Shown in pieces: positions 8,556 through 18,223 of a DNA stretch of 64,000 nt. The stretch lies in IMG/VR virus record IMGVR_UViG_3300021375_001810. One strand, 5' to 3'. Source of the stretch: a virus. Within the stretch, counting starts at the first letter, position 1. Each line of letters begins with the position of its first letter. Under the pieces are notes generated by a model, which had not been told where the DNA came from, ran no database searches, and saw only the letters and a list, made by a program, of their open reading frames with translations. The translations under genes were made by a program, and so were the position numbers.

Positions 8556-9896
8556 ATGCGAACACAACCACAAGACATAATATCAAAACTTGAACAACAC
8601 AATAGCAGATTGGACAAAGAGGCTATTGTATTTGGTGCAATGGGCGAAGGACTCGACGAGTTCTTTGAAGGTGTTCAAATGGCTCTTGATCCACTAGTAA
8701 CATTTGGCGTTAAGCAAGTACCTGAAAAAGCAGAAAACGAAGTATTATCTGCACAAGGTTGTGAGTGGAAAATATTTAAAGAACTTGCAGATAAACTTAT
8801 TGCAAGAGAACTTACAGGACATGCGGCAAGAGATGCTATTGAACTTGTAATGTCAACAGCAACCGCAGAACAATGGAATGGCTTTTACAGACGTATCTTA
8901 ATTAAGGATTTACGTTGTGGTGTAAGTGAAAAGACTGTAAACAAAGTTGCCAAAAGGTTTAATCCTAAAGGCGAAACAAAATATATGATTCCTACATTCA
9001 CATGTAGTCTAGCACACGACTCTGCTAACCACGAAAAAAAGATGGTTGGTAAAAAGCAAATTGAAATCAAACTAGATGGCGTAAGAGTCATTACTATTAT
9101 CCAAGGCGACAAGGTAGAAATGTTTAGTCGTAACGGTAAACAGTTTCATAACTTTGGACATATTATTGAAGAAATTGAAACTGTAATTAAAGATCACCCT
9201 GTACCTTATCCGCTAGTATTAGATGGAGAGGTAATGAGTGCTAACTTCCAAGATCTTATGAAACAAGTACATCGTAAAGATGGTAAACAAACTACTGATG
9301 CTGTATTGCATTTGTTTGATACTATTCCTTTAGGTTGCTTCAAAGCAGGTAGTTGGGATAAGCCGCAGAGCTTTAGAAGTCAAATTACTAAGCATTGGGT
9401 AGAAGACCATGCAGACGTCTTAGAGCACGTACAAGCGTTGGATTGGGAAGATGTAGACTTAGACACTCCTGAAGGCCAAGAACGCTTTGTAGCGTTAAAT
9501 AAAGCGGCTGTAGACGGTGGTTACGAAGGAGTTATGATTAAGGACGTTGATGCTCCTTATGAATGTAAGCGAACTCATGCATGGCTTAAAGCAAAGCCGT
9601 TCATTGAGGTAACATTAGAGGTAAAGGATGTCGAAGAAGGAACAGGACGAAATGAAGGACGACTTGGTGCATTTGTTTGTGAAGGAATTGATGACGGAAA
9701 GAAAATTAATGTTAATGTCGGCAGTGGCTTTAGTGATGCTAATCGTGACGACTTTTGGAATAGTCGCACTGATATCACAGGTCAACTTGTAGAAGTAAGA
9801 GCTGATGCTGTAACACAAAACCAAGACGGAACTTATAGTTTACGTTTTCCAAGATTTAAAACATTCCGTGGCTTTGAGCCCGGAGAAAAATTATAA
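8556..9896 (+). CDS. ATP-dependent DNA ligase
   Basis: KLDGVR adenylation motif, LDGE, EGVMIK, WLKAK, C-terminal SLRFPRF OB-fold. Confidence 0.96.
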   Translation: MRTQPQDIISKLEQHNSRLDKEAIVFGAMGEGLDEFFEGVQMALDPLVTFGVKQVPEKAENEVLSAQGCEWKIFKELADKLIARELTGHAARDAIELVMSTATAEQWNGFYRRILIKDLRCGVSEKTVNKVAKRFNPKGETKYMIPTFTCSLAHDSANHEKKMVGKKQIEIKLDGVRVITIIQGDKVEMFSRNGKQFHNFGHIIEEIETVIKDHPVPYPLVLDGEVMSANFQDLMKQVHRKDGKQTTDAVLHLFDTIPLGCFKAGSWDKPQSFRSQITKHWVEDHADVLEHVQALDWEDVDLDTPEGQERFVALNKAAVDGGYEGVMIKDVDAPYECKRTHAWLKAKPFIEVTLEVKDVEEGTGRNEGRLGAFVCEGIDDGKKINVNVGSGFSDANRDDFWNSRTDITGQLVEVRADAVTQNQDGTYSLRFPRFKTFRGFEPGEKL

Positions 9897-9997
9897 TGAA
9901 TAATTTTGAATTATTATTTGTTAGTTTACTAGTTGTTACATGGATGTCATACGGTATTCATGTAATAAAAGAGTTTATAAGAAATCACGTTGATTAG
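9896..9997 (+). CDS. small membrane peptide (33 aa)
   Basis: TAATG-coupled to ligase stop; single TM; below ORF-track cutoff. Confidence 0.55.
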   Translation: MNNFELLFVSLLVVTWMSYGIHVIKEFIRNHVD

Positions 9998-10007
9998 GAG
10001 AAAGGAA

Positions 10008-10418
10008 ATGATACAACCGAGTTTAAAAAAGCCAAGTCTATTTAGACGAACTACAATGAGTCTCGTAAGTGGCTGGAGACGAGTAATGGACGTTAAATAT
10101 AATCCACTAAAATATATCCCAGACCCAAGTTTACAAACTTACTTTATGTTGGTATTGTTTACTATATGGAGTGTATGGTTTGGATTCTTAGCCGCAAACT
10201 ACCTAGGGTGGTTTGGTTATAATACTGTAGCAAGTATTATTGTTCATTTTGCAATCTTAGTACCACTGGCAATGACTAATGCAATCTTTGTTGATGCAGA
10301 ACGTGATGGTCATAAATGGTTAAAGGAATGGAAAGCAGAACAGTCACGATACAACATTGTTGTAAATAGACTTAAGACTAAAAATTTAACTATTTGGAAC
10401 CCTAATAAAGAGGCATAA
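10008..10418 (+). CDS. membrane protein (W..VMD...NPL..IPD family)
   Basis: paralog of 4682..4987; ATG 10008 with AAGGA RBS. Confidence 0.75.
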   Translation: MIQPSLKKPSLFRRTTMSLVSGWRRVMDVKYNPLKYIPDPSLQTYFMLVLFTIWSVWFGFLAANYLGWFGYNTVASIIVHFAILVPLAMTNAIFVDAERDGHKWLKEWKAEQSRYNIVVNRLKTKNLTIWNPNKEA

Positions 10419-10419
10419 A

Positions 10420-10683
10420 ATGAAACATATCTTATATTTTGTAAAATGGAACTTTACAGATATGCAACCTCATTCAAAACGAATGATAGCATATTTTGCG
10501 ATTGCAATTCTAAGTGCTATATTTGTTCATGAAGATTTATTTTTTCTTGCACCAATATTAATCTTCATTGATCTTACGCAAGATATTATTCGGCATCGAT
10601 ATGCTGATTTTAAAAAAGAACAAAACGAACTTGTTCAAACTCTTAAGACGCCTTATAATAAAAAAAAGCATCTAAAAGAGTAA
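10420..10683 (+). CDS. hypothetical membrane protein
   Basis: ORF with RBS GAGG and hydrophobic segments. Confidence 0.6.
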   Translation: MKHILYFVKWNFTDMQPHSKRMIAYFAIAILSAIFVHEDLFFLAPILIFIDLTQDIIRHRYADFKKEQNELVQTLKTPYNKKKHLKE

Positions 10684-10684
10684 G

Positions 10685-10924
10685 ATGGACAGATACGTTC
10701 TGTATACGTTCAACATGGCAGACGTAGAGGATCCTGAACTCTACGTTTCTGCACCAATCTACAAGTGGCAACAAACACCAGAAGGAAAACTTTGCATGAA
10801 GCACGGTTCAGACATTTCATACCAGATTAGCCCCGATGATTATTCGTACGGATATAAAGTAACATTAACAGGATATATAAACGACAAGTACGTAACTTAT
10901 CTTTCATTGAAGAAAAAGAATTAG
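10685..10924 (+). CDS. hypothetical phage protein
   Basis: DVEDP.LY...P...WQ motif ORF. Confidence 0.65.
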   Translation: MDRYVLYTFNMADVEDPELYVSAPIYKWQQTPEGKLCMKHGSDISYQISPDDYSYGYKVTLTGYINDKYVTYLSLKKKN

Positions 10925-10989
10925 AAAAGACTTGACTTTTTTTATTTTTGTATATATACTTTTTATAAACTTGATTCGGAGATTGAAAA

Positions 10990-12294
10990 ATGGCACTGCC
11001 AAAGACTAAAAGAAAAAAGCCTAGAGCTGCTCCCCGGCTTCAACGTGGAGCAAAACTTAAGGAACCTTCATGGGAGGGCTGGGAAGAGTGGACTGGCGAG
11101 CAGATACATCGCTTTAGACGTCATACACATGATTGGTATTACGAACACTTTAAGCCTGTAGACTTATACTCGTATGTTCCTAAGTGGATGGAAGACAACG
11201 GTTATGATAAAGAGAAAATCAAGGCCGTAAAAGCCGCTCCGGGCAGAGCTCTTAGTATTACAGCAAGTATTGTTGCACGTATGGATATGATGGGTGCGCC
11301 AAAAAAGACAGATAAAGAAGCAGCACATTGGGAAAGTCTTCCAGGTACTAGAGGTGAGCTTCGATGTTCAACTGAATTTTTAAAACTACGAGTTGACGAA
11401 GCAATCGTTGAAGGCAAAACAGCACTTAAGAATAAAGTTGAAGAAAAGAAAAAAGAAGATAAGTTAGCAAAACCTGTACTAACTATTCAAGATCGTATTC
11501 TTTTACAAGCCCATGCCGCATGTGAAGCGATTGATGAGTGGTTAGATGGACATGTAGAAGATCCGAAAACATTTAAAGTTGACGATTTTGATATTAATAA
11601 ACATTTCATTAGACAAAAAATAACTCAAGCTCATGCTAGAAAAATTAAAGAAATTTATAGTTCAGAATTACGTGAAGTAGTTGACTGGCACAATATTCCT
11701 ACTTCAGGACAACTTAAAAAGTTAGCCGAAAAGAACTGGAAAGAAGCGGATGACTGGGAACAGTTAAAAGAAGGTTACTCACATAGAAGTAAAAAAGAAA
11801 TGGCTACTTGGCTGAAGGCTTTAGAAAAGATTATGTCAGCATGTGACATGGTTATTGAGAGTGCTAAAGCAACACGTAGACCACGTAAAGCAAAAGTATA
11901 TAGTGCAGAAAAACTAGTACAGAAACTAAAGTTTAAAAAGTCAGATGACAAGTACAGTATTGTAAGTGTTAATCCTGCAGACATAATATATGCTAGTGAA
12001 CTTTGGGTGTTTAATTGTAAGACACGTAAACTTGGCAAATATATTGCTAAAGATCCAGATCCGCAAAAGATGCAACGTCCTGGTAGTGGACTACAAGTTA
12101 AAGGCACTACTATTACAGGGTTCCACGAGGATGAAAGTATACAGAAGACTTTGCGTAAGCCAGAAGAACAACTTAAAGAGTTTAAAAACTCAGGAAAGGT
12201 TGCGTTGCGTAAGTTTATGGATGACATAAAAACCACCGATACAAAGCTCAACGGGCGTATAAATGCGGAAACCATACTGTTGAAGGTATCTTGA
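10990..12294 (+). CDS. large conserved hypothetical phage protein
   Basis: 434-aa ORF with its own TTGACT-N17-TATACT promoter and GGAG RBS; C-terminal KTLRKP..NGRIN motifs. Confidence 0.8.
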   Translation: MALPKTKRKKPRAAPRLQRGAKLKEPSWEGWEEWTGEQIHRFRRHTHDWYYEHFKPVDLYSYVPKWMEDNGYDKEKIKAVKAAPGRALSITASIVARMDMMGAPKKTDKEAAHWESLPGTRGELRCSTEFLKLRVDEAIVEGKTALKNKVEEKKKEDKLAKPVLTIQDRILLQAHAACEAIDEWLDGHVEDPKTFKVDDFDINKHFIRQKITQAHARKIKEIYSSELREVVDWHNIPTSGQLKKLAEKNWKEADDWEQLKEGYSHRSKKEMATWLKALEKIMSACDMVIESAKATRRPRKAKVYSAEKLVQKLKFKKSDDKYSIVSVNPADIIYASELWVFNCKTRKLGKYIAKDPDPQKMQRPGSGLQVKGTTITGFHEDESIQKTLRKPEEQLKEFKNSGKVALRKFMDDIKTTDTKLNGRINAETILLKVS

Positions 12295-12305
12295 TAAATA
12301 CTTAC

Positions 12306-13448
12306 ATGAGCGATATCGATAAGAACAATTTAAACACAATAGAACAGGGGTTTGCACAACTTAACGATGTGTTAAGAGTCCTTTCTAATAAACCAGTCAC
12401 TGTAGACTCACTACCAGATAGGAGCATAAGTGGCGATAAAATTTACGCAGGTAAAATTGCAAAATTTCAAAGTATTGGCATAAAAGATGATGCTACACAA
12501 CTAATAGTTCAAGTCGATGATGACGGTATAACTACCGATAATATTGATGTTGAAAACATTGTTGGTGAAACTACTGTTACAGGTAGGCTTCACATGCGTC
12601 AAGGCGCTCAAGTACATGGCAATATTTTTGTTGATGGTGAAATGACTGTTACTAAACTTCACGTTAATGAATTAATTTCAGACGTAAGACAAGAAAGAAA
12701 CAGTCCTTTAACTTTTACACCCGACGACAACGGATCGATTAACGGAAAAGGTTTGTTGTTTATAGGTGATGGACACACTAGACAATTTGTGTATCAAGGT
12801 AGTAAGTTTTTCTCAACTGAAACTATCGATTTACACAAAGACTCGTCTTTTGCTATCGGAGGAACCAGTGTTCTTTCGCAAGACACGTTAGGTACTAACG
12901 TCCTTAGTAGTAGTTTAAGAAAAGTCGGAACACTAAGAGACCTAAAAACAACAGGTTCATTAGATGTTGATCAGTTTATATTCTGGGACACGAATACAAT
13001 GCGTTTAGGTATTGGTACAGATGCAGGTAATGCACTTGTAAGTATCGTAGACGGTGATTCAGAATTTATTATACAACCAGATACTAACAGTGTTACTATG
13101 GGTTCGTATACTACAACTGATTTAAATATTGTTACGGACAATACAACTAGATTATCTATTTCCGAATCTGGTAAAATTACTATAGGATCAAATATTGAGT
13201 CTAAGACTGTTGTACAAGGAAAATTAGGAGTTAATATAACACCTGATTGCGATGTAACTACAGCAGGCCCAGTTCGGTTTGAAGGCAAAAAGTTCGAAGT
13301 TGGAAATGATATTCCAACTACAGGATCATACAGAAAAGGTGATATAGTATGGTCTGACAATCCTAAGCCAACTGGTTATGTTGGTTGGATTTGTGTTCGT
13401 GAAGGTACTCCAGGAAGCTGGAAGCCTTTCGGACAGATTGCTTCTTAA
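12306..13448 (+). CDS. virion structural / fibre-like protein
   Basis: beta-rich Gly/Thr repeats, C-terminal GDIVW..P...GYVGW.C...G..G.W motif; ATG 5 nt after GATAAATA. Confidence 0.7.
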   Translation: MSDIDKNNLNTIEQGFAQLNDVLRVLSNKPVTVDSLPDRSISGDKIYAGKIAKFQSIGIKDDATQLIVQVDDDGITTDNIDVENIVGETTVTGRLHMRQGAQVHGNIFVDGEMTVTKLHVNELISDVRQERNSPLTFTPDDNGSINGKGLLFIGDGHTRQFVYQGSKFFSTETIDLHKDSSFAIGGTSVLSQDTLGTNVLSSSLRKVGTLRDLKTTGSLDVDQFIFWDTNTMRLGIGTDAGNALVSIVDGDSEFIIQPDTNSVTMGSYTTTDLNIVTDNTTRLSISESGKITIGSNIESKTVVQGKLGVNITPDCDVTTAGPVRFEGKKFEVGNDIPTTGSYRKGDIVWSDNPKPTGYVGWICVREGTPGSWKPFGQIAS

Positions 13449-13468
13449 ACTAAGAACTGGAATAAAAT

Positions 13469-13810
13469 ATGCGAAAAGACTCAAATTTCTATGAGAAAAT
13501 CAGAACTGTAACATCACGACAAGCAAACACATGGAAAATATTTGGTAAATCAGTACCACTGATTGTTCTCTCGGTCTTCTTTCTATTACATGTATTTGGT
13601 TTTAATACACTGTCAGAACAACTATTAGTAGTTGGGGGTGCATTTTTCTTTGCTGTCGCCTGTGTATGGTGGTGGTGGGCAATTAATGTAATGGTACAGG
13701 TTGCAAACTTAATGACTCGAGCAACTGAAAAGTTTGAGGAAGTTAAAGATGACATAGTTGATGTCAAAAAAGAAATCAAGTCTCGAACAAAAAAATCTAA
13801 CAAAAAATAA
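13469..13810 (+). CDS. 2-TM membrane protein with C-terminal coiled coil
   Basis: hydropathy pattern. Confidence 0.65.
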   Translation: MRKDSNFYEKIRTVTSRQANTWKIFGKSVPLIVLSVFFLLHVFGFNTLSEQLLVVGGAFFFAVACVWWWWAINVMVQVANLMTRATEKFEEVKDDIVDVKKEIKSRTKKSNKK

Positions 13811-13828
13811 TTTTCACTAAATATTTTT

Positions 13829-14413
13829 ATGTATGTATTCGGAAACGGCGAAAGCCGATCAAAAATCAATATAGATTCCTTATCTGGACTAAAGTTTGGA
13901 TGTAATGCTATTATGCGTGATTACCAAATGGACCATTTAGTTTGTGTTGATCGAAGAATGGTTGACGAAGCCGTTAAATCTAACGCAAATCAACATACAA
14001 TAATTTATACCAGAGAAGATTGGATTCAAAGATACGAAGGTATTGAAAGAGTTCGAACAGTTCCTAAGTTACCCTACAACGGAATGACAAGACCCGACCA
14101 ACCGTTTCAGTGGGGGAGCGGACCTTATGCATTACTACTAGCCGCAATGAAGTCAAAAGGCGACATAGTTAGCCTAATAGGTTTTGATTTATATAGTAAA
14201 ACACAAAATGTTAATAATATATACAAAGGTACACCTAACTATGCTAAAGTAGAAAGCAGAAACATTGACCCAAGATATTGGATACATCAAATTGGTATGG
14301 TGTTTAAATGTTTTCCAAAAGTTAAGTTTAATATCTATCAAGATCGTTATTGGGAATTACCAGATTATTGGAATTTTTCCAATATTTCACTTGACAACCT
14401 AAACAATTTGTAA
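13829..14413 (+). CDS. CstII/Maf-like (DUF115-type) Rossmann glycosyltransferase-related protein
   Basis: VFGNGESR, GCNA, SG..A, LIGFD motifs. Confidence 0.6.
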   Translation: MYVFGNGESRSKINIDSLSGLKFGCNAIMRDYQMDHLVCVDRRMVDEAVKSNANQHTIIYTREDWIQRYEGIERVRTVPKLPYNGMTRPDQPFQWGSGPYALLLAAMKSKGDIVSLIGFDLYSKTQNVNNIYKGTPNYAKVESRNIDPRYWIHQIGMVFKCFPKVKFNIYQDRYWELPDYWNFSNISLDNLNNL

Positions 14414-14419
14414 TATAAT
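14391..14419 (+). promoter_or_regulatory. sigma70 promoter for queD
   Basis: perfect TTGACA-N17-TATAAT. Confidence 0.85.
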
Positions 14420-14430
14420 AACTATTATAC

Positions 14431-14478
14431 AGAGGACTTTAATACGTCGACCCTCTTTAAATACTCCGCCGTTATTTA
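14431..14478 (+). promoter_or_regulatory. candidate preQ-type riboswitch-like pseudoknot in queD 5'UTR
   Basis: AGAGG/CCTCT stem, A-containing tail, loop-tail complementarity next to RBS. Confidence 0.45.
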
Positions 14479-14492
14479 TATAGGAGAATAAC

Positions 14493-14972
14493 ATGGCTTA
14501 TTATAGCACTAAAACATACGGACACAACATCGGACTATCAGCGGTGTTCCGTCAACCTAAGGCAATGCATTCACATTGTCATTTACTTCATGGATATAGT
14601 TTACAGTTCAAATTTGTATTTGGATGTTCAGACTTAGATGAGAAAAACTGGGCGGTTGACTTCGGCGGATTGAAGCCGCTAAAGGCTTGGCTCGAAGATA
14701 GTTTTGATCACAAGACAGCAATTGATATTGCAGACCCAGAACTAGAAACTTTTAAAGCATTAGAAGAAAAAGGTCTAGCAGAGATTAGAACTTTTGATGG
14801 TGTTGGTTGTGAGAAGTTCGCATATCACGCATGGAAGTTTGCTGATGAACTTATTAGAGAAATTAGCGATGGACGTTGTTGGTGTGAATCAGCTGAATGT
14901 GCAGAGCATGGTGCTAATAGTGCAATCTATACACCATACTCAGTGCAAAAGATGTCACACGTAGATGGCTAA
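14493..14972 (+). CDS. queD: 6-carboxy-5,6,7,8-tetrahydropterin synthase (QueD/PTPS)
   Basis: C..LHGY, VDFGGLK, FDH, G.E, C-terminal E...NSA.Y. Confidence 0.9.
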   Translation: MAYYSTKTYGHNIGLSAVFRQPKAMHSHCHLLHGYSLQFKFVFGCSDLDEKNWAVDFGGLKPLKAWLEDSFDHKTAIDIADPELETFKALEEKGLAEIRTFDGVGCEKFAYHAWKFADELIREISDGRCWCESAECAEHGANSAIYTPYSVQKMSHVDG

Positions 14973-15777
14973 GACATATATACCAGGAGAAACAAAGGAG
15001 CAACGTAAAGCCCGTAAAGCAATTGAAAAGGGCCTTGCTACTAAAGTTGTTGCTGAAGAACGTAACACCAGCGACAGACGCTATATCCTTTGTCTAAAGC
15101 ACGGTCAGAAGTACTCTGCAGATTATGTAAACAAGTTATACAATATGACACAGCGTCATTGTACACTTGAACATGAATTTGTTTGTATTACTGAAGACCC
15201 TGCTTACCTCCTTCCTGGCATACAAACTATTCCTTTGCCAAAAGGTCTCGAAGGCTGGTGGAACAAGCCTTACATGTTTTCAAAAGACTTACCTATTAAC
15301 GGCACAATACTTTACTTAGATTTAGATGTTGTAATATCTTCCAATATAGATAAGTTGTTCACATACCAACCTGATCACTGGTGTACTGTTAGAGACTATA
15401 CTAGAGCAATGCGACCAAAGTGGCCTAAATATAACAGTTCTATTGTTAGATTTAAAACAGGACAGTTGGCACATGTATGGGACGAGTTTGAAAAGAATCC
15501 TAAAGAAGTTATGAGACAGCATTTTGGTGATCAAGATTGGTTATATGCTTCTACACGAAAACAACAAGCAATGCTGTATCCAGATAGTTGGACTCAGAGT
15601 TGGAAATGGGAAGTAAGAAAAAGTAGAGATTGGGCACCTGGAGGCAAAAGAGGCAGTCGAACATTTAGACTTATTGAAGATGTAGTTCCAAGAGTTGAAT
15701 GTTGCGTTGTAGTTTTTCATGGTGATCCAAATCCAGAAATGTGTAAAGATCCGTGGGTGGTAGAAAATTGGAAATAA
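14965..15777 (+). CDS. GT-A fold glycosyltransferase
   Basis: GWWNK, LYLDLDVVI (DxD), NSS, GDQDW, FHGDPNP. Confidence 0.85.
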   Translation: MAKTYIPGETKEQRKARKAIEKGLATKVVAEERNTSDRRYILCLKHGQKYSADYVNKLYNMTQRHCTLEHEFVCITEDPAYLLPGIQTIPLPKGLEGWWNKPYMFSKDLPINGTILYLDLDVVISSNIDKLFTYQPDHWCTVRDYTRAMRPKWPKYNSSIVRFKTGQLAHVWDEFEKNPKEVMRQHFGDQDWLYASTRKQQAMLYPDSWTQSWKWEVRKSRDWAPGGKRGSRTFRLIEDVVPRVECCVVVFHGDPNPEMCKDPWVVENWK

Positions 15778-16478
15778 AGAAACATTATATTTTTGACGTT
15801 GACGGAACACTAACGCCTAGTCGTAGAAAAATAAACGACGACTTTGCAGTGTTCTTTTCAGACTTTTGTGCTAACAATCTTGTATACCTTGTTACAGGTA
15901 GCGATAAAGAAAAAACAATAGAACAAATTGGAGAAGAAATATACAGTTTATGTGAACGTGTATATAACTGTTCAGGCTGTGATGTTTGGGAAGGCGAGTT
16001 TAACGTAAGATCAAAAGAATGGAGTTTGCCAGAAGTAGCAAGAAATTGGTTGCGTAAAGAAATACAATTATCAGAGTTTTGTTTACGTACAGGTAATCAT
16101 ATTGAAGAACGAGCAGGTATGGTTAACTTCAGTACTGTAGGACGCAATGCTACACTAGGTGAACGTAAGTTATATGTAGACTTTGATACAACGACAAACG
16201 AACGTAATAGAATTGCTAGAGAATTCAATTTACAATTTCCAGCAATGGAAGCCAAACCAGGTGGTGAAACAGGTATAGATATATCGCCAGTAGGTTGGGA
16301 TAAGAGCCAAATACTAGTTGATTTTGATCCTAAAGATGAAATATACTTCTTTGGTGATAGAATGGATAAAGATGGAAATGACTATCCACTTAAAAGAGAA
16401 ATCATTGACAAGGACCTAGGAATATGTTATAATATTAACAATTATAACGAAACATGGAATATATTAAAACATCTATGA
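15753..16478 (+). CDS. HAD-IIB phosphomannomutase (eukaryote-type PMM-like)
   Basis: FDVDGTLT, VTGSD, IEERAGMVNFS..GR, GG..GIDI.P.GWDK, FFGDR....GNDY. Confidence 0.88.
   Translation: MGGRKLEIKKHYIFDVDGTLTPSRRKINDDFAVFFSDFCANNLVYLVTGSDKEKTIEQIGEEIYSLCERVYNCSGCDVWEGEFNVRSKEWSLPEVARNWLRKEIQLSEFCLRTGNHIEERAGMVNFSTVGRNATLGERKLYVDFDTTTNERNRIAREFNLQFPAMEAKPGGETGIDISPVGWDKSQILVDFDPKDEIYFFGDRMDKDGNDYPLKREIIDKDLGICYNINNYNETWNILKHL
16405..16433 (+). promoter_or_regulatory. sigma70 promoter inside the PMM 3' end, upstream of uvsE
   Basis: perfect TTGACA-N17-TATAAT. Confidence 0.75.
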
Positions 16479-16625
16479 TACTAAGACGCATAAAAAACTG
16501 GGCTGATGTATGCAAAGTACACTGGAAAGAAATTATATCTCTTGCTATCGCACTTCACTGGATAATGGATTTACTAATTATTATCCCATTATCATTACTA
16601 ATAGGTTATTTTACCGGAGTACACT

Positions 16626-17717
16626 TTGGACATGGACACTAAACGTATAGGCTTTGCATGTAAATTCATGCACAACGACCAAACGCAAAAGAAAAAATTA
16701 CTAGAAGAAATTCAACGACCGCTAAATACTCGTAGCACAACAGTACAGTGGTTGAACAGACAAACACGTGATGTTGCTGAAGAACGCTTGTGGGATATTA
16801 TGGTTCACAATATTGCGTCATACGGAAAGTTAATTGATTATGTGGGAAGCCTTCCTCGAGAGCTTAGAATGGTCAGACTGGGTAGTGATGTACTTCCTGT
16901 TTATACCCAGCATGAGTGGTCTTATTATTGGCGTAAGCCCGATGTGGTTGCATACTGTGAGAAAGAATTTGCAAAAGTCGGACAAAAAGCGAAAGAGCTC
17001 GATGTTAGACTCTCCATGCACCCAGGCCAATTTACAGTCCTTGCTTCGGATAATCCGGAAATAGTAGATAGGAGCGTAGAAGAATTTGAATATCACACCG
17101 ATGTCATACGCTGGATGGGATACGGCAAACAATTCCAAGATTTTAAGTGCAATGTACACATCAGCGGCCGCCAAGGTCCAGCCGGTATCAAAGCAGTCCT
17201 CCCAAGATTATCTCAAGAAGCGAGAAACTGCATTACGATCGAGAACGACGAAATGTCGTGGGGTGTCGACGCAAGCCTCGAACTTGCAGACGACCTTGCA
17301 CTTGTACTCGACATACACCATCACTGGGTCCGTACAGGAGAATACATTCGTCCAACCGACGCTAGATTTGCTCGCATGATAGATTCATGGCGTGGTGTGC
17401 GTCCTGTTATACATTACAGTTACAGTAGAGATGAATGGTTGCCCGAAGGCTTCACACATGAAAGTTTACCTAACATGGAAAACTTACTAGAAGCAGGACA
17501 CAAGAAACAAAAACTAAGAGCCCACAGTGATTGGTATCCTAACAACGAAGCAAATGACTGGGCATTAGAATTTTTAGATTATGCAGACATTATGTGTGAG
17601 AGTAAGATGAAAAATCTTGCCAGCATTGATTTGTATAAATATTATGACGCAAGGAAAGACTATGAGCTATTTGAACAAAATGTACGGGAACAAGGGCGCC
17701 AGCTCGAAACACTCTGA
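16626..17717 (+). CDS. uvsE: UV-damage endonuclease
   Basis: IGFAC, RLSMHPGQFTVL, NVH, IENDE, VLDIHHH, HYS, AHSD, MCESKMK. Confidence 0.92.
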   Translation: MDMDTKRIGFACKFMHNDQTQKKKLLEEIQRPLNTRSTTVQWLNRQTRDVAEERLWDIMVHNIASYGKLIDYVGSLPRELRMVRLGSDVLPVYTQHEWSYYWRKPDVVAYCEKEFAKVGQKAKELDVRLSMHPGQFTVLASDNPEIVDRSVEEFEYHTDVIRWMGYGKQFQDFKCNVHISGRQGPAGIKAVLPRLSQEARNCITIENDEMSWGVDASLELADDLALVLDIHHHWVRTGEYIRPTDARFARMIDSWRGVRPVIHYSYSRDEWLPEGFTHESLPNMENLLEAGHKKQKLRAHSDWYPNNEANDWALEFLDYADIMCESKMKNLASIDLYKYYDARKDYELFEQNVREQGRQLETL

Positions 17718-17961
17718 AAAAGAGTCGACAAAAAATCCTAACCGCGTAGCGGGTGGACTTAAAGGTCAAGGTGTCGACCATTTCACTATGTTAGGTGAAG
17801 ATGGCTCAGAGTTACAAATTCCAAGTCAGCGTTATGTATCTAGTTTGGAAGAACAAATAAGAAAACAGCGAGCAGCCTTAAACGTTCTAGAACGTAAACT
17901 GTCTCGCTGTGAAAAAACCATTGAGCAGCATACAGCTGCTATTGCTAGATCTACTTCTTAG
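17662..17961 (+). CDS. hypothetical coiled-coil protein
   Basis: ATG 17662 with AAGGA RBS after TATAAATA. Confidence 0.6.
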   Translation: MSYLNKMYGNKGASSKHSEKESTKNPNRVAGGLKGQGVDHFTMLGEDGSELQIPSQRYVSSLEEQIRKQRAALNVLERKLSRCEKTIEQHTAAIARSTS

Positions 17962-18190
17962 AAGCGTTAAATACTTCTTTAACTAAATCGTCTTTCTTTT
18001 TCCTCTTGTCAATTTCTATACCAAATTCTCTACCTTTTTCTTCAAGTTGAGCTTTAGTTAGTTTAACAAGATCTGCTTTTTTTACTGTAGCCTTTTTAGC
18101 TGCTGTCTTTTTAGGTGTTGACATTACCTGGTCTATTACGACAGGTACTGACCCAGCATCACTAAAAAAACTTTTAAGCCATTTAAACAT
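17951..18190 (-). CDS. small basic protein with Rho-N/HeH-like C-terminus
   Basis: L.KLTKAQLEE..RE.GI..DKR.KK.DLV; GGAG RBS before ATG 18190. Confidence 0.65.
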   Translation of the reverse strand: MFKWLKSFFSDAGSVPVVIDQVMSTPKKTAAKKATVKKADLVKLTKAQLEEKGREFGIEIDKRKKKDDLVKEVFNASKK

Positions 18191-18223
18191 AATAATCTCC
18201 ATAATATATATTTCTGGTACATT

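Noticed and set aside
16830-17379. Several overlapping alternative ORFs within uvsE
   Set aside because: Explained by locally higher GC with fewer stops; no independent signals.
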